Source: Octopus sinensis
Taxonomy: Eukaryota
Assembly: GCF_006345805.1 (NCBI RefSeq)
Contig: NC_043001.1
Coordinates: forward strand, 115,072,001-115,136,000
DNA: 64,000 nucleotides
Direction of reading: 5' to 3'
Each line of letters starts with the position of its first letter. Position 1 is the first letter of the stretch. The notes beneath the pieces were generated by a model. It was given only the letters and a program-made list of their open reading frames with translations, ran no database searches and had not been told where the DNA came from. Both the position numbers and the translations under genes were made by a program. Below are positions 26,911 through 40,751 of this stretch, piece after piece.

Positions 26911-27610
26911 TTCGCTTTTGCTTAATCACTGCTTGGCGCTGCAGATTTCTCTAGACTCGGCGGTCCAATTGCGGAACTCAGTCAATGTTGACTGCATTTT
27001 AGCTAAAGCTACGGCTGTACGTGTGTCTGTGTGTGCTATGTGTTATGGGTATGTCTGTTTTTGTTGGGTCATCATTGTTGCGTGAAATATCTGTTGTAGT
27101 TATGCTGTTTTTATATCTGTTCTTGCCCTTGTTATTCTTCCGTGGAAATATGTTGTTGAATCTGTTATTGATGTACCTGCTGTTTTTGTCCGTTGTAGTT
27201 GGTGTTGGGATTGTTGTTGTTTTGCTTTGCGTTCTGTTGCCTGTGTCTTCCATTGGAACTGTTGTCGGTTTTGTGTTAGATGTTGCTGTTATATCTATGT
27301 TTGCCACGTTTGCTCTTGCTGTACCTTCTGATGTGCCTGCTACTGCTGTCTTTGTAGTTTCTGATGTTGTTGTACATGGTGGGGTTACGCTTGCTGATGA
27401 TGTATCTGTTCTTTTCTTTTTTGCACTTTCTGTTGTATTTGTTGTTTTCCTGTTGTGCTTAACGTTGCGGTTTCTGTTACGGTTGATGTTGATGTGTTTG
27501 TTGTTCAACTCGTTGTTACGAAAGTAGTTGCTGTGTCTGCTCTTTCTATGTTTGATATGATGTCTTTTGTCGCTGTACCTGTTGTTCTCGAGTCAGATGT
27601 TGTATCTGCC

Positions 27611-28010
27611 GTTTTACTTGTTTCAGTCCTTTGACTGTGGCCATGCTGGGGCACCGCCTTTAGTCGAGCATATCTACCCCAAGACTTATTCTTTGTAAGC
27701 CTAGTACTTATTTAATCGGTCTCTTTTGCCGAACCGCTAAGTTACGGTGACGTAAACACACGCATCGGTTGTCAAGCGATGTTGGAGGGACAGACATAGA
27801 CACACAAACATATACACAAGCATACATATATATATACATATAGACGACAGGCTTCTTTCAGTTTCCCTCTACCGAATCCACTCACAAGGCTTTGGTCCAC
27901 CCGAGGATATAGCAGAAAACACTTGCCCAAATTTCCACGCAGTGGAACTGAACCCGGAACCATGTGGTTGGTAAACAAGATTCTTACCACACAGCCTCTC
28001 CTTCGCCTAT
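27611..28010 (-). mobile_element. Full-length tRNA-derived SINE family 2 (CORE-like ttgggcaagtg segment, internal CA/TA tract)
   Basis: Minus-strand head ataggcgaaggagaggctgtgtggtaag...gggttcagttcc; near-identical to 58408-58793. Confidence 0.88.
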
Positions 28011-28042
28011 ATAAATATTTTCATTTATTTAGCTCAGTATGT

Positions 28043-28095
28043 TCTACTGATGAAGGAAGAGTTATTAAACTGATCCAGAAATTGATCAATCTAGA
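28043..28095 (+). ncRNA. Type I hammerhead ribozyme motif
   Basis: TCTA CTGATGA A GGA (16 nt) TCC A GAA ATTGATCAAT C TAGA: 4-bp stem I, palindromic stem III, AUC triplet. Confidence 0.65.
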
Positions 28096-28272
28096 CCTAT
28101 TAGAATTATTTTATGAATTTTCGGTCGGTCCATTGTCCCCGCTTTCAACTTGTGTGCTTTGAAGTGAGAATTTAAAGTGCTAGGATACTTTTGGCGTCTC
28201 TTTCTAGCATATAGGCATGGTAGCTTCTATGCTCTTAATTATAATTGTATTTTATTCAATTATATATATCGA

Positions 28273-28304
<32 letters not shown>

Positions 28305-28335
28305 CATACACACACAAATACACACACACACACAC

Positions 28336-28438
<103 letters not shown>

Positions 28439-28506
28439 TATATATATATATATATGAAAAAACAAGTCAAGATAGAAAATGCTAAAATAATTTTATAAAG
28501 AACATT

Positions 28507-28546
28507 TCAGTACCGGTTTCGGTCATTTTGAGATCTTTTCAACTGT
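28507..28546 (-). ncRNA. Hammerhead-like motif with U3-A8 core variant in a pLTR-like remnant
   Basis: Minus strand: CAG TTGAAAA GATC tcaaaat GACC GAA ACCGGT A CTG; one mismatch in stem II. Confidence 0.55.
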
Positions 28547-28829
28547 AGCAATTAAAAAATTAAATTTAGAAAAATTAAAAGAAAAATTTTTTAAAAGCTT
28601 ATTTGTATAATGTTCAAATATAAGTGGCATTTTCCTTGTTTCTGCCTTTCTCTATTTCTCTTGTTTACTCTTGTGGGTTATCCATTTGTGTGTGTCTCTG
28701 TGTCTGCATTTGACCCCCACTACACCGCTTGACAACCCAAATTATTGTGTTTACGTCCCCATAACATAGCTTTTCGGCAAACACGACCGATGGAATAAGT
28801 ACCAGGCCTTAGAAAATCGAAGATAAAGA

Positions 28830-29000
28830 TCGCAACATCCTCCCCACGCTAGAAGCCATTTAGTCACAGAGTTACGCATTTACAGTTGAGTAGACTGGAG
28901 TTTTGCGCAAAAATACAACACAACGCCGGCTCCGAGATTCGAAGCAACAATCATTCCACTGTGAATGCAACACCCTTAACCACTAAGCCACACATTTTCA
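28830..29000 (-). mobile_element. Decayed tRNA-SINE head
   Basis: Minus strand tggcttagtggttaagggtg...gcttcgaatctc. Confidence 0.55.
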
Positions 29001-29881
29001 CTCCTAAAATAAAGAGGGGAATTTTCTATGAATAATAACTATCGAGTGTTGATAAACGTAACATGATACGAAATTTAATTACACGTTGCATCTTAAACGT
29101 ATCGTTGTGCTTGAACATATGGAGTGCACGTACAGCAAACAGAACCAGTGATTCTCATCCGCTCGCAACCTAGATTTATAGAAACACATTAATGAAGTTC
29201 CTCAAAGTAACCTAACACCACTTAATTACTAAGTATTCCTAATGATTTAATCTGTGAACTCTACCAGAATAAGCCACCTGCCGACATGTTGTCAATGGAT
29301 GTTAAAAATATTAACTTTGAAAGAAACGCAGAATTGTTATTATGAACCTATCTACGTTTCATATGGCTGTATTGTAGACCCTTTAATTATTTAACTATTT
29401 ACTCATATTTGATAAGTTGAACTTAGAACATTAAAATTATTAGAATAATTACTATCAAATCTCATATACCGTTTTCTTCTCCGCTGTTGCGAAATCTCAC
29501 AAAACTTATATTTGACGTTTTAGTTTTATATTTTTGCAAGAAAACCAGTTGAGAAAAGTGAGAGCCTGCTGGCATGTAATGCATATTGATAAGCTTTGAG
29601 TATTATAAAACACTACACAACTTCGTGCGACATGTCTTTTTTTCCCTCTCTTTCCAGTACTATAGAAATTATTTAAGAGAAAATCACACATAAGTGTCCG
29701 CTGGTGCGTGTAAGATTATATATCATGCTGAGATAACCCTGGACGACACGGGAAAAAACTTGTTAGATAAGGCTAGAAATGTTTTCTCTTTTACACATGA
29801 TTGTCAAAGAGTTTGCCAGAGATTGAATGTCAAGACCACATGATGATATAAATATTATACATGCAGTCATATATATATCAT

Positions 29882-29921
<40 letters not shown>

Positions 29922-30733
29922 ACATATATATATACATACATGCTTGTGTTACTGTATATGTGCGTGAATGTATATGGACAACATTATGTACCTATATGTG
30001 TATGTAGCTCTCTCTCTCACTTTACATTGATAGATAGATAAATTGATAGATGTGTGTTTGTGTGTGTGTGCATGTGTGTCTGTGTATGCATGCCTGTATG
30101 CATATATGTGAAAAAGTGTATACGTGTAATAAACAAAAAATATAGTCGATGCTTACTGACCATCAGCCTATTCTGAATATATATGTAGATTATTGATTTT
30201 CAGAGAGAGAGAAAGAAAATGGAAAAAAGTATTTATGATGCCAACCGAACTATATGTGTGCATTGCATTTGTTATTTTGTATTTTCAGATATTTACCTTA
30301 TTTTCCCCCTTTTTTTTTTTTTTTGTATTTTTGTGACAGTACATTTCACGAAATTTCACTTCGATATCTTAGTTTTCTGCACCCGTCCATTCGATCCACT
30401 AATCCCTGTGCCATGATGTATTGCATGATTTACATTAAATTTACTCTTCCTGGAAAGAATCGATAAGGCCACGAACGCTTTCCGAAAAAAGAAACACAAT
30501 AAATATGGCTTCCATCTTTGTGTACGCGCGCGCGCGTATGTGTGTGTGTGTGTGTGTGTTTGTGTGTGTGTTCGTGCGTATGAAATGCGGTTTAACAGAA
30601 ACAGAGTTTTGTCATATTTCAGGATTAATTCAAGTCAGAGTAATAATAATAATAGTGTTATTAAGAACAACAACAAGAAACAAAAACAACATACAATAAT
30701 AAAAAATATATAATAAACAATAACAAACAAATA

Positions 30734-30806
<73 letters not shown>

Positions 30807-31406
30807 CAACAAAGCGAAAAAGGGCAAACGTTTAAATAGATCCTAAACAAGATAAGAGTTATAGATACCATACGAAGTAAAATGCACAAAGGTGCTATAA
30901 ATATACAGTCACTTAAACACACATAGAATCATACTGACATACATATATATGCGATTGTATATATATATATTATATATCATATATATATATATATATATAT
31001 GTCATATATACGTGTGTGTTTATCATGTGAATATAGGCATGTTGTGCGTGGAAATGTGTGTGGAAGTGTAAAAAATAAGGAATACATGAGTGGCTTCTTG
31101 AGTATGTGTAGAAGAGTATGTGTAGAAGTATGTGTAATTCACATACGCATATATGGGATATTTTTTATTCTTCTATGCTTGTGTGTTTTTATATTATTTT
31201 TAATATATTGTAACACAAGGAAAGAAAAGTCGTAATTCGTGGAAACATTGACCGTAGCCCAATAGACAAGGATTTATTTGACCGGTTTTCTTATCTATCA
31301 GCTTCACACTTTTAAGAAAATATACGCAGTCGACCTCATCTTTTCAATACATGTATAAAAATGTGTGTCTGCATACACATACATATACGCATATATAGTC
31401 ACAGAA

Positions 31407-31462
<56 letters not shown>

Positions 31463-32179
31463 AGTATATACTTTATATACATATATCTCAACACTAATAT
31501 ATATATATATATTAGAGATGAGATATAAGAATATTATATATATACACTTACGGGGAAAGAATGAAAATATCAGTGCCTATCTTTGTGTAAGTCTATTTTA
31601 AATAATATATGTTCATTATATATAATTATCTGAAGAACACTGAATCCTACATTGTCATGTGTGGAGGGCCTTTCCACACTAAATCCCACATGTGTTATGT
31701 GTAGGGGGACCTTTCAAGAACCGTGATGCAAATCAAAATTCAATTTTACCCATACAAGAAGGCGAAATAGCTATATATCAAGCAATGAACAGCAAGTTTA
31801 TGACGCGGTAATCAGTAAAGACTATACCGAAGATAAATATTGAATGGAAGCGATCATAAATGTCTCTAAACTCTATAAATTGACCGATACTTATCATCAC
31901 ATCACAGGGAATTAACTAACAGATAACCTGAAAAAAGGCAACAGCAAGCATATGGCAGGACGCATATCTATGGCCACATCATATGTTCTTACACAGAGAT
32001 TTATATGAGAAAAAAATCCTCATATGGTGACAGTACCCAATTGGGGATTTTCATAGTGCGCGTGCATACGTGTAGTATATATATATATATATCAGGTCAT
32101 CAGCATCACTCGGGTTCATCACAAGTTTCGCGTAAGAAACACGTATGAAACAATATAAGAGACGTAATGCACACTGCAG

Positions 32180-32947
32180 ACTTACATTTGCATGGATAAT
32201 TTAACAGTAAGTTTGCTTCTTCTAATGAAAGAATGCCTCACATTTTTCCGCAATATTTCTAGCTCCAAATGGTTTATCTTTATACTTAGCAGTGTGTCTT
32301 TCTCAATTTCTAAATCAAGGGTAAAAATAAGGCGACCATGCAAAACACGACTGATCTTTACACATAGACGCACAGAATAATAGCAATCAAATAATGAAAG
32401 CAGAGTGCACAACAAACATCACCGATCTGACTATCACCTGTACTCTTGACAAGAGATATCAGTTCGTCCTTTTTCACCCACCAGACTCGTTTGTATCAAT
32501 CCGAGTAGCTTAGGTAATATTTTGTTCCTTTAAGAATATTGTAGAACGGGAACTTTTCATAGATTGGAATTTAAATCCTAATCTCTATAGAAATCTATTA
32601 TCTCAAGAAAACCTTTAATTTGAATTACATTTAGTTTTTACGATTATAGATAAGAACCAGGGCTGAAAATTCTGAGCCCGAGCCAGGATCGTGTGAACGA
32701 TGTCGCGAGAACGTCTTCTACAGTTGATATCTTTTGACTTAGGACATCTCTAAGACGCCCACCAGGTGCTGAAGCAAAATAAATGAAACTGCAAGCAGAC
32801 TAAATAAAAGGAGCCCGAGTTATTGGTCGCAATTACATACTTGAAATCAGTGCTGGCAGAAATTAAACCCGCTTGCAAATACACGTTCACTTTACTAAAT
32901 TTATACTCGGGTTAAGCCCGAAAAGCTCCGGTGCCGGAGTCGCCACT
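32180..32947 (-). mobile_element. Internally deleted Gypsy-like LTR retrotransposon remnant with candidate PBS
   Basis: Minus strand atatca-gTGGCGACTCCG (32945-32935) resembles a tRNA-Arg PBS; decayed NVIQIKGFLEIIDFYR...PFYNILKG resembles the Gypsy RT thumb/connection motif. Confidence 0.5.
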
Positions 32948-32948
32948 G

Positions 32949-32993
<45 letters not shown>

Positions 32994-33094
32994 TGTGTGT
33001 GTGTGCGTATGAATGTATGCATGTATGTATGTATGTATGTATGTATGTATGTATGTATGTATGTATGTGTGTATATGTATAAGAGCACTTTGTC

Positions 33095-33365
33095 AGTTAT
33101 GACGACGAGGGTCCCAACTGGTACGACCCACGGAACAGCTTGCTCGTGAAATTAACGTGCAAGTAGCTGAGCACTCCACAGACACGTGTACCCTTAACGT
33201 AATTCTCAGAGAGTTTCAGTGTGACACAGAGTATGACAAGGCTGACCCTTTGAAATACAGGTACAGCTCATTTTTGCCAGCTGTGGGGACCGGAGTAATG
33301 TGAATAAAGTGTTTTGCTCAAGGACACAACGCGTAACCGGGAGTTGAACTCACGACCTTACGACC
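33095..33365 (-). mobile_element. Decayed tRNA-SINE with tail type c
   Basis: gttatgacgacgagggt...gcactccacagacacgtgtacccttaac is the reverse complement of the tail at 11180-11290; B-box remnant near 33340-33352. Confidence 0.7.
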
Positions 33366-33376
33366 CAGGCGCATTT

Positions 33377-33421
<45 letters not shown>

Positions 33422-34215
33422 CGTACATACATTACTACATACATACATACATACATACATACACATACATACATACATACATACATACATGCATACATAC
33501 AGACATACATGCATATGTGCATGAATTTTTCTCTGCGTCTATTTGTCGACTTGTTCCTGTTTGAATTAAGGCAGAGTGGAGGAAAACGGATATAATACAG
33601 AAGTTTTAGGCAATTATATATCATAGAACCTGACATTACCCTTTATTGCTACTCCGAGTTTCGTGACACCTCGCCGATCATACAACTCAACCTTTGCTTT
33701 GTTAGACAACAAATTTAATCTACTGATGAACCCAGACCTTGTTGAGTCGCAGCATTCGATTAATGCTTGAAATAATGAATCAATGTAAATGAATCAAAGT
33801 CAGTTATGTTAGATATTTTATACTGATATAAATGGCACAAACACTTGAATGGCACAGTGTCTCAACTTATATCTATATCTAATGAGTTGTTCTCATGTTA
33901 GACACTCTTTCTAATTCGAATTGCTCTACTGTAAATACTATTTTGCAACTTATTGTACTATTTCAATTACTTTTATTTCCCTATTGGCATATGTTTCTTT
34001 TTATCATTTATATAAAATATTTATCTGAATTAAATTAGAAATTTTTTCTTGCAGTAACATTTACTTTGTATATATCTTCCATACGTTTTAAATTTCATAT
34101 TATTTCCCATTTTCCGAAGTCATATTTTATTTAATTTCACATATTTTCTATCTATCATATTGAGATTAAATGGATTAAATCTTTCTACAATATATATATA
34201 TATATATAATATATA

Positions 34216-34280
<65 letters not shown>

Positions 34281-34909
34281 TGCAGAGGAGTTAAACAATA
34301 TTGCATGTTTTTATGATTTCATTTCTGAAAAATTATTAATTTCCTTTTTGATTTAAAATAATTTCAATTTTCTTTTTTACCTTACATTTTTTGTGTGATT
34401 TATTTTTAGATTCTAAATTAGATTTTTCGCGTGCAGTTCATTTTAGTTTTTAATTATATTGCAAATATGAAGGCAGCCATTTTTTTAAAGCTAATAGTCA
34501 CTAACCATGAAGATTCCGCAGAAATCGCGATATATCTCAACTTGCAACATGTTCTTACAACAGTTCGAAACTGTGAAATATACAAACAAGTCAACAATAT
34601 CTTGAAGACCATGTTATTCTTCTGAAATTATTGGTATTTCACCACACTCTAAGTAGATATTTCGAACCAAATGTTATTCAATAAAATAAAGATGAACAAG
34701 TAGCAATGTTTGAAACTCAAGCTATTTATAGAACCCGATCAGTATGGTCAAATATGCAGAATAGTAATATTTTGCTGATGATAACGATCAAAATAGTTTA
34801 TCTGACAGTTATTAACAGAACACAGAAGTTTAAATTGTAATTCTATTGCATCCTGAAAAATTTGAGTTTCACTATGGCTCGAAGTAAATTAGCTGCAGGG
34901 TGTTAGTTA

Positions 34910-34986
<77 letters not shown>

Positions 34987-35529
34987 CTTTTAATTTATTT
35001 CAATACCTTATATTTTCTGGCCAAAGTTTTCCAATTAAAGGTTGTCAACGACCATTCATACGGAGACTATTGCAGTTCCGAGACAGAAAAATTAAATGAT
35101 TCAAAGGGTCAGAAAAATAATTTATTACCAACAGCAATTTTGTAAAATAAAAGTTTTTTTTTTATACTTCTCATTTAAGACTGCATGCTTTAATATCAAC
35201 TAAATGTGTAAACAGCTACAGGCATATGAATTCTATCTGAAGAATTGATGGCCGTACAAGATCGTTATAGTTTCTGAAAGAAAAGAAAAACAAACAATCA
35301 GTCAAATAAAATCATTACAAATAAAGAGAGAAAAAATAGTCTTTGTAAAACAAACATGAGTTTGTAAATCTTATGAAAATACCACTTTCAATATTACATC
35401 GTTTATCATTTATTTATTCAAATGTTTTTGTTTCCTAAGTGATAGATTTTTCCCCTCTACCATACACACATATAACTATAAAATATATGTACAATATATA
35501 TATATGTATGTATTGTATGTATATATATA

Positions 35530-35700
<171 letters not shown>

Positions 35701-36099
35701 CGTTTGCACACATACTGCTTGCTTAATTTTTTTATTGGAAATAAATTCTGTTCAGATTTTATAAATGGAAATTATGTGAATAAATCGGTTTTTAAAGAAA
35801 TACATTTTCTTTAAGCAGACATGTTTGTTTAAATGAATACATTTGATCACCTATTTGCAGTAATAACATTTAGTAATGACAGCATTGCTTTTTAATCGAC
35901 AAAACGCTTATTTTGTTTTTCGCTTTGTTTTTCTTTGTTTTGTTTGTTTATTGGTATTTTACACAATTTCTATACAAGCATCTGTTCACCAACGTAAATA
36001 AACTTAACGCAAATAATCAATTTTCTCTTCCCATTTAAATCCAAAACTTGATCCAGGAAAGAATACGGAGAACAAAAAGACGAAATACAAGCATAATGG

Positions 36100-36152
36100 T
36101 GATGGTGATGATGATGATAATACTAATACTAATAATAATAATAATAATAATA

Positions 36153-36190
<38 letters not shown>

Positions 36191-36285
36191 GTAATAATAA
36201 TAATAACAATAATAATACTAATAATAATAACAATGATGATGATGGTGATAATAATAATAATAATAATAACAACAACAACAACAAC

Positions 36286-36349
<64 letters not shown>

Positions 36350-36360
36350 GCAATAATGAT
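36100..36360. repeat. (AAT/AAC/GAT)n microsatellite
   Basis: Directly visible. Confidence 0.95.
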
Positions 36361-36964
36361 AAACTAAAATACCCATAATATCATAATAGCAAAAATGTAC
36401 ATAAATATCTTCCCATCTCGTATTTCAGTATTTTATTTATTTATTTATTTATTAATTCTGTTGTTGCTTTATTTTTTTATTCTTTCTCTTCTTTCTCAGC
36501 AGACAATCTAGCTAATAGTTGACAAAAGAATTTTTTGAAAACATTCTCTGGTGAAATGGTTTATTATCGGTTACCTGATTAAATCATCTCAGGTGGAAAC
36601 TAAAAATGACAATTTCTGTTAAGTGAGACCAAAAGTAGGAAAATTAGTTTTCATTTTTGTGTCTTTCCTTAAACATAATTTATCATGTGTATTTTGTCAT
36701 ATTTATTTTGTGTTTGTATTTATTTTTGAACACTACAGCACTGAGCTGTTATTACTTGTCCTAAAACATAATTCTACGCCGTGTATCGTTGTTCGTCTTT
36801 GTCTCATGCTGCTTTGGTAATAAATATTAATGCAGAATAGAATTACAGTGATCTCTAAAGTTGGGGAGTTGAAGTCCAAATATGAAGGCTTTTGGTAACA
36901 TGAAAGGCCAGGTGAGGATTACACACACGCACATATATACATATACATATATATATAAATATAT

Positions 36965-37122
36965 ATTTTTTTCTCTCCTTGTTTTTTCTGTGTCCCTTTC
37001 TGTAGAAGAGCGTAGGCTCGAAACGTAAAAGACTTTTTCGATTCCTAATCGTTATACTAATACATCTGTTTGTTTTGTACATCACCTGCCTTCGTCTTTT
37101 GTCTTTTTCGTAAACTCTCCCT
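36965..37122 (+). mobile_element. Family A pLTR-like repeat with hammerhead motif at 36996-37031
   Basis: CTTT CTGTAGA A GAGC gtag GCTC GAA ACGT A AAAG. Confidence 0.7.
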
Positions 37123-37387
37123 AGATATATATATATATATATACATATATACATACATGCATATATATATGTATGTATGTTTTTATATATATATATATAT
37201 AATAATAATAATATTAGGGAATAAATCCAAACTTACAGGGAAAAATTAGATTTAGGATTAAATCCAATTTTATAGTATAAATATATTATATTATATTATA
37301 ATAAATTAGAGATAAAACCACTATTAGGCAAATCAAACTGTGGAAAACTGTTATATATATATATATATCTGCATGTATGTATGTGTA

Positions 37388-37602
37388 CAGTAATCCGTCG
37401 CCATATCGCGTTTCACCTATCGTGCACTCAGTACAATCATCAGTACAGGATTTTTCAGGCCAATATATGTAAATTTATATTGCGGACTCCTAACCATATT
37501 GTGGGTCTCTGCGACCGATAGGTATTTATATTTTTTTTAAATTTTAGTTATTTCTGTGGGGAGTTTTGGAGCGTAACACCTGCGATAGCCGAAGGATTAC
37601 TG
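37388..37602. mobile_element. pogo/Tigger-type MITE
   Basis: TIRs CAGTAATCCgTCG..TATCGC / GCGATA..CGAaGGATTACTG flanked by a TA duplication. Confidence 0.8.
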
Positions 37603-37959
37603 TATACACGCTTACATATATGTATACATATTTGAAATGTCGATGTTGCTTTTAATTATCACCAGGTCAGTCATTATTGACCAAGCCTATTAGGAATGCA
37701 TTTCCAACTGTAACCATCCAACCTTGTTTTTAGCTATAATAATATACAAAAAACCTGTAACCTAAAGTGTTGTTTATGATTTCAGACATTTCAGATGGAG
37801 ACACAGCAACCAGAATCTTTCAGTCACAGAAAACAACCATCGATCAGAGTCAACAAGGAGGTTTCAACACCTACCGGAATATCCACTTGAATTAAATACA
37901 TACATTGAAAGATGATAATGTCAGTGCTGATGAAAATACATTTCATTTTCAAAATTTAA

Positions 37960-38400
37960 TAAAATCTATGAACAGAATTTATTTTTTTATGATAGTCTGT
38001 TTTCAAATTGATGACAGTTCTCTTCCAATCAGCACTGATAACGTGAAGCAATGGAATCACACAATGTCACGCAAAATTTATTTGGTGTTGTGCACATATT
38101 TGTTTAATGGTTGCTCTCATTTCGTCGACTGTTTCCGTTTTTGAACTGGTTTTGAACAGTCGGCGAATTATAACGGAAAATATCTTTTTCGAGTACCCCG
38201 GTCGATAAAAAAAAAGTTGAGGGGTGAGAGATCCGGTGAAACCGGAAGGTATTCTACTGAATCTCTTTGTCCAGCTCATCTGCTTGACAAAATCTCAGTT
38301 AAATGAGCTCGTACATTATGATGGGGATGTATGTGGCCCTATATTCAAATACAAGATGGTGGCCCAGGATGAAGTTACGTCAGCTGTTGATTTGACTAAG
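37960..38400 (-). pseudogene. Tc1/mariner-superfamily transposase C-terminal fragment
   Basis: Minus-strand SPDLSPLNFF..GYSKKIF...TVDEMRATIKQIC resembles SPDLTPLDFFLWGYLK. Confidence 0.6.
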
Positions 38401-38429
38401 CACTCTGGAACATTAGAAAGTCGAAGAAC

Positions 38430-39830
38430 TTCTAGCATCCCTTGAAAGCAGGTTCCTTCTATACTCCCACACCACTGACATTACAGTTTTGTTTATCAGC
38501 AATTGTTCGGCGTATCCTTCAACTCCATTCTTCCCAGTTGTTTCTTCTGTTGTGATGATCTTATTACTTTCAGAATGGTCTTGCAACAGTTTAAACATGC
38601 CGTTTATATATTTTATACCTTAAGTTCTAGCATGCTATTAGATAGGTTTGTTGTATCTCTGCCAGAGTTAACAAGTGTGGTATGCTACCATTCCTATCGA
38701 GAGCTTGCATCCGAAAAAATATATATTATGAAACAAAAATAAAAACAAAATTTATTACACGAATCTGTTACCACCACGACAGTCAACTATTTGACGCCAA
38801 ACACGAGTTCGATGTTGAATACATCCACGAATTTTCCGCTCGGATAGCTCTTCCCAAGACTGCAAGACGGCTTCGTGCAATTCATGCCTCGTTGTAGGGT
38901 TTTTCAGTTCAACTTTATCGGCCAAACTTTAAAAATGCCTTCATCTAATGGATTCCACGTGTAAACATGTGTTGAATAGAACTCACTGAATAAATCTTAA
39001 TTAACTGTGTTGTCAATTGTATGCACCTGACATATGCTAACGTGTATGCAGCCAGACTTTTCACACAGAGGATACATTTTGGTTAAGATAATATTGGTAA
39101 GATACGTTAGCATCTTGTGCCACTGTCTAACAATCAAAATCTCTTCCAGGTGTTTTGCCTTTCCTGAAGTTTCTGAATTATTGTCACAGAGGTATCACTG
39201 TCAATGCTGTATATCCTGGGTGTAACGCAGGGACAATAATTACTTCAAATTTCTTCTAACCATGGAACATCTCCGATAACCCTCAACTCTTCGGTCTAGA
39301 TTCAAAGTCATAAGTATTTTTAAAAAAATTTTATTAATGGAATATTTCCCCGTTATATAACCCTGAGCACTACAATAATGATCGTTGTGGCTGTACATGG
39401 TATTTCACATAGTCACAGTAAAGGGACAGTATGCTTTTAACCATTTCATATACCTAACAGCGGGGTTTTGTTTTTCTCTTTTATAACAGTTAAATAAGTC
39501 ATTATTCAGTTTACAATTCCAGAAAATACTTGTTTTGTAGTTAGGGTTTCTTCTATAACTACAGCTAGAAAGAATCTGTTTAATTGTTGAGCTGCTGTTT
39601 TCGTTTTGTTCCTCGGCTTCGTTGTTGTTGTTATTGTGTCCGTCCATGTTGTTTGTAGTAACTCTCTGCGTGGTAAAGTCAAGTTTCAGTGGAAAATTAC
39701 TACGATCTTGTTTAAAAGGCTTCTGCAGTTAATTCATGTAAAGATTAACCAGTTATTTAATAGGGCTGATAGTTGTGGCTTCAAAGTCGGAGAAACTATT
39801 CATTGTATTTTCGATAAATAATTTCCCAAG
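38430..39830 (-). mobile_element. Decayed R4/Dong-like LINE, N-terminal and RT fragments
   Basis: WNCKLNNDLFNCYK...NPAVRYMKWLK (N-terminal-like) and KNGVEGYAEQLLINKTV...RRNL (RT-like). Confidence 0.55.
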
Positions 39831-39859
39831 ACAAATATGCGAATTGTTACAATGAGTAA

Positions 39860-40462
39860 GTATGCATGTATGCATGTATGTATGTATGTTCGTTTCTATG
39901 TGTGTTTGTTTGTTTGTATGTATGTATGTATGTTTGTTTCTATGTGTGTTTGTTTGTATGTGTGTATGTTTGTATGCATGTATGTTTGTTTGTATGTGTG
40001 TATGTATGTATGTATGTATGTATGTTTGTTTGTATGTGTGTATGTATGTATGTGTGTTTGCTTGTATGTATGTATGTATGTATGTATGTTTGTATGTATA
40101 TATGTATGTATGTTTGTTTGTTTGTATGTGTGTATGTATGTATGTTTGTTTCTATGTGTGTTTGTTTGTATGTGTGTATGTATGTATGTTTGTATGTGTG
40201 TATGTATGTATGTATGTATGTATGTATGTATGTTTGTTTGTTTATATGTGTGTATGTATGTATGTATGTATGTTTGTATGTTTGTATGTGTGTATGTATG
40301 TATGTTTGTTTCCATGTGTGTTTGTTTGTATGTGTGTATGTATGTATGTTTGTTTGTATGTGTGTATGTATGTATGTATGTTTGTTTGTATGTATGTATG
40401 TATGTATGTTTGTTTGTATGTATGTATGCATGTATGCATGTGAATATGTGTGTATGTATGTA
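39860..40462. repeat. ~600-bp complex tetranucleotide microsatellite (TATG/TTTG/TGTG) with higher-order motif
   Basis: Directly visible; recurring tttctatgtgtgtttgtttgt; source of the long MYVC/HTYI ORFs. Confidence 0.95.
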
Positions 40463-40751
40463 CTGCATGAAACGAATGGATGCGGCTCGTTGTGCTCTGA
40501 TGATTTGGCTGACTGGACATTGAACCTGGTTAGGCGTCAGTGCTTTTTGGCACTGAAGGCAAATATACGCGAGCAGCATATAGAAATATAGACAAACTGA
40601 CGGAAAATGTGAAACGGAGAGAGGGAGACAGAATGAGAGAAACATTAATACGTCTGATATTGAATATCTCAGCCTCGTTCAGCTACGGAGACCAAAGAGG
40701 CCGCACCAAAACGTTTGTGTCAACAATCTTATACTTGTCCACGTGTGTATA

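Noticed and set aside
26999-27527. Thr/Asn-rich 169-aa ORF (-) and hydrophobic 168-aa ORF (+)
   Set aside because: Looks like decayed (TGT/GTT)n low-complexity DNA; no domain or splice evidence, though a mucin-like exon cannot be strictly excluded
31625-31780. CTGAAGA ... GAAATAGCTATA, possible long-loop hammerhead
   Set aside because: A palindromic stem III is present but stems I and II do not pair; at best a decayed pLTR
33718-33780. CTGATGA followed later by GAAA
   Set aside because: No consistent stems I, II and III could be built
39837-40645. Long overlapping ORFs (up to 249 aa) in several frames
   Set aside because: Translations of a stop-free tetranucleotide microsatellite; no protein signal
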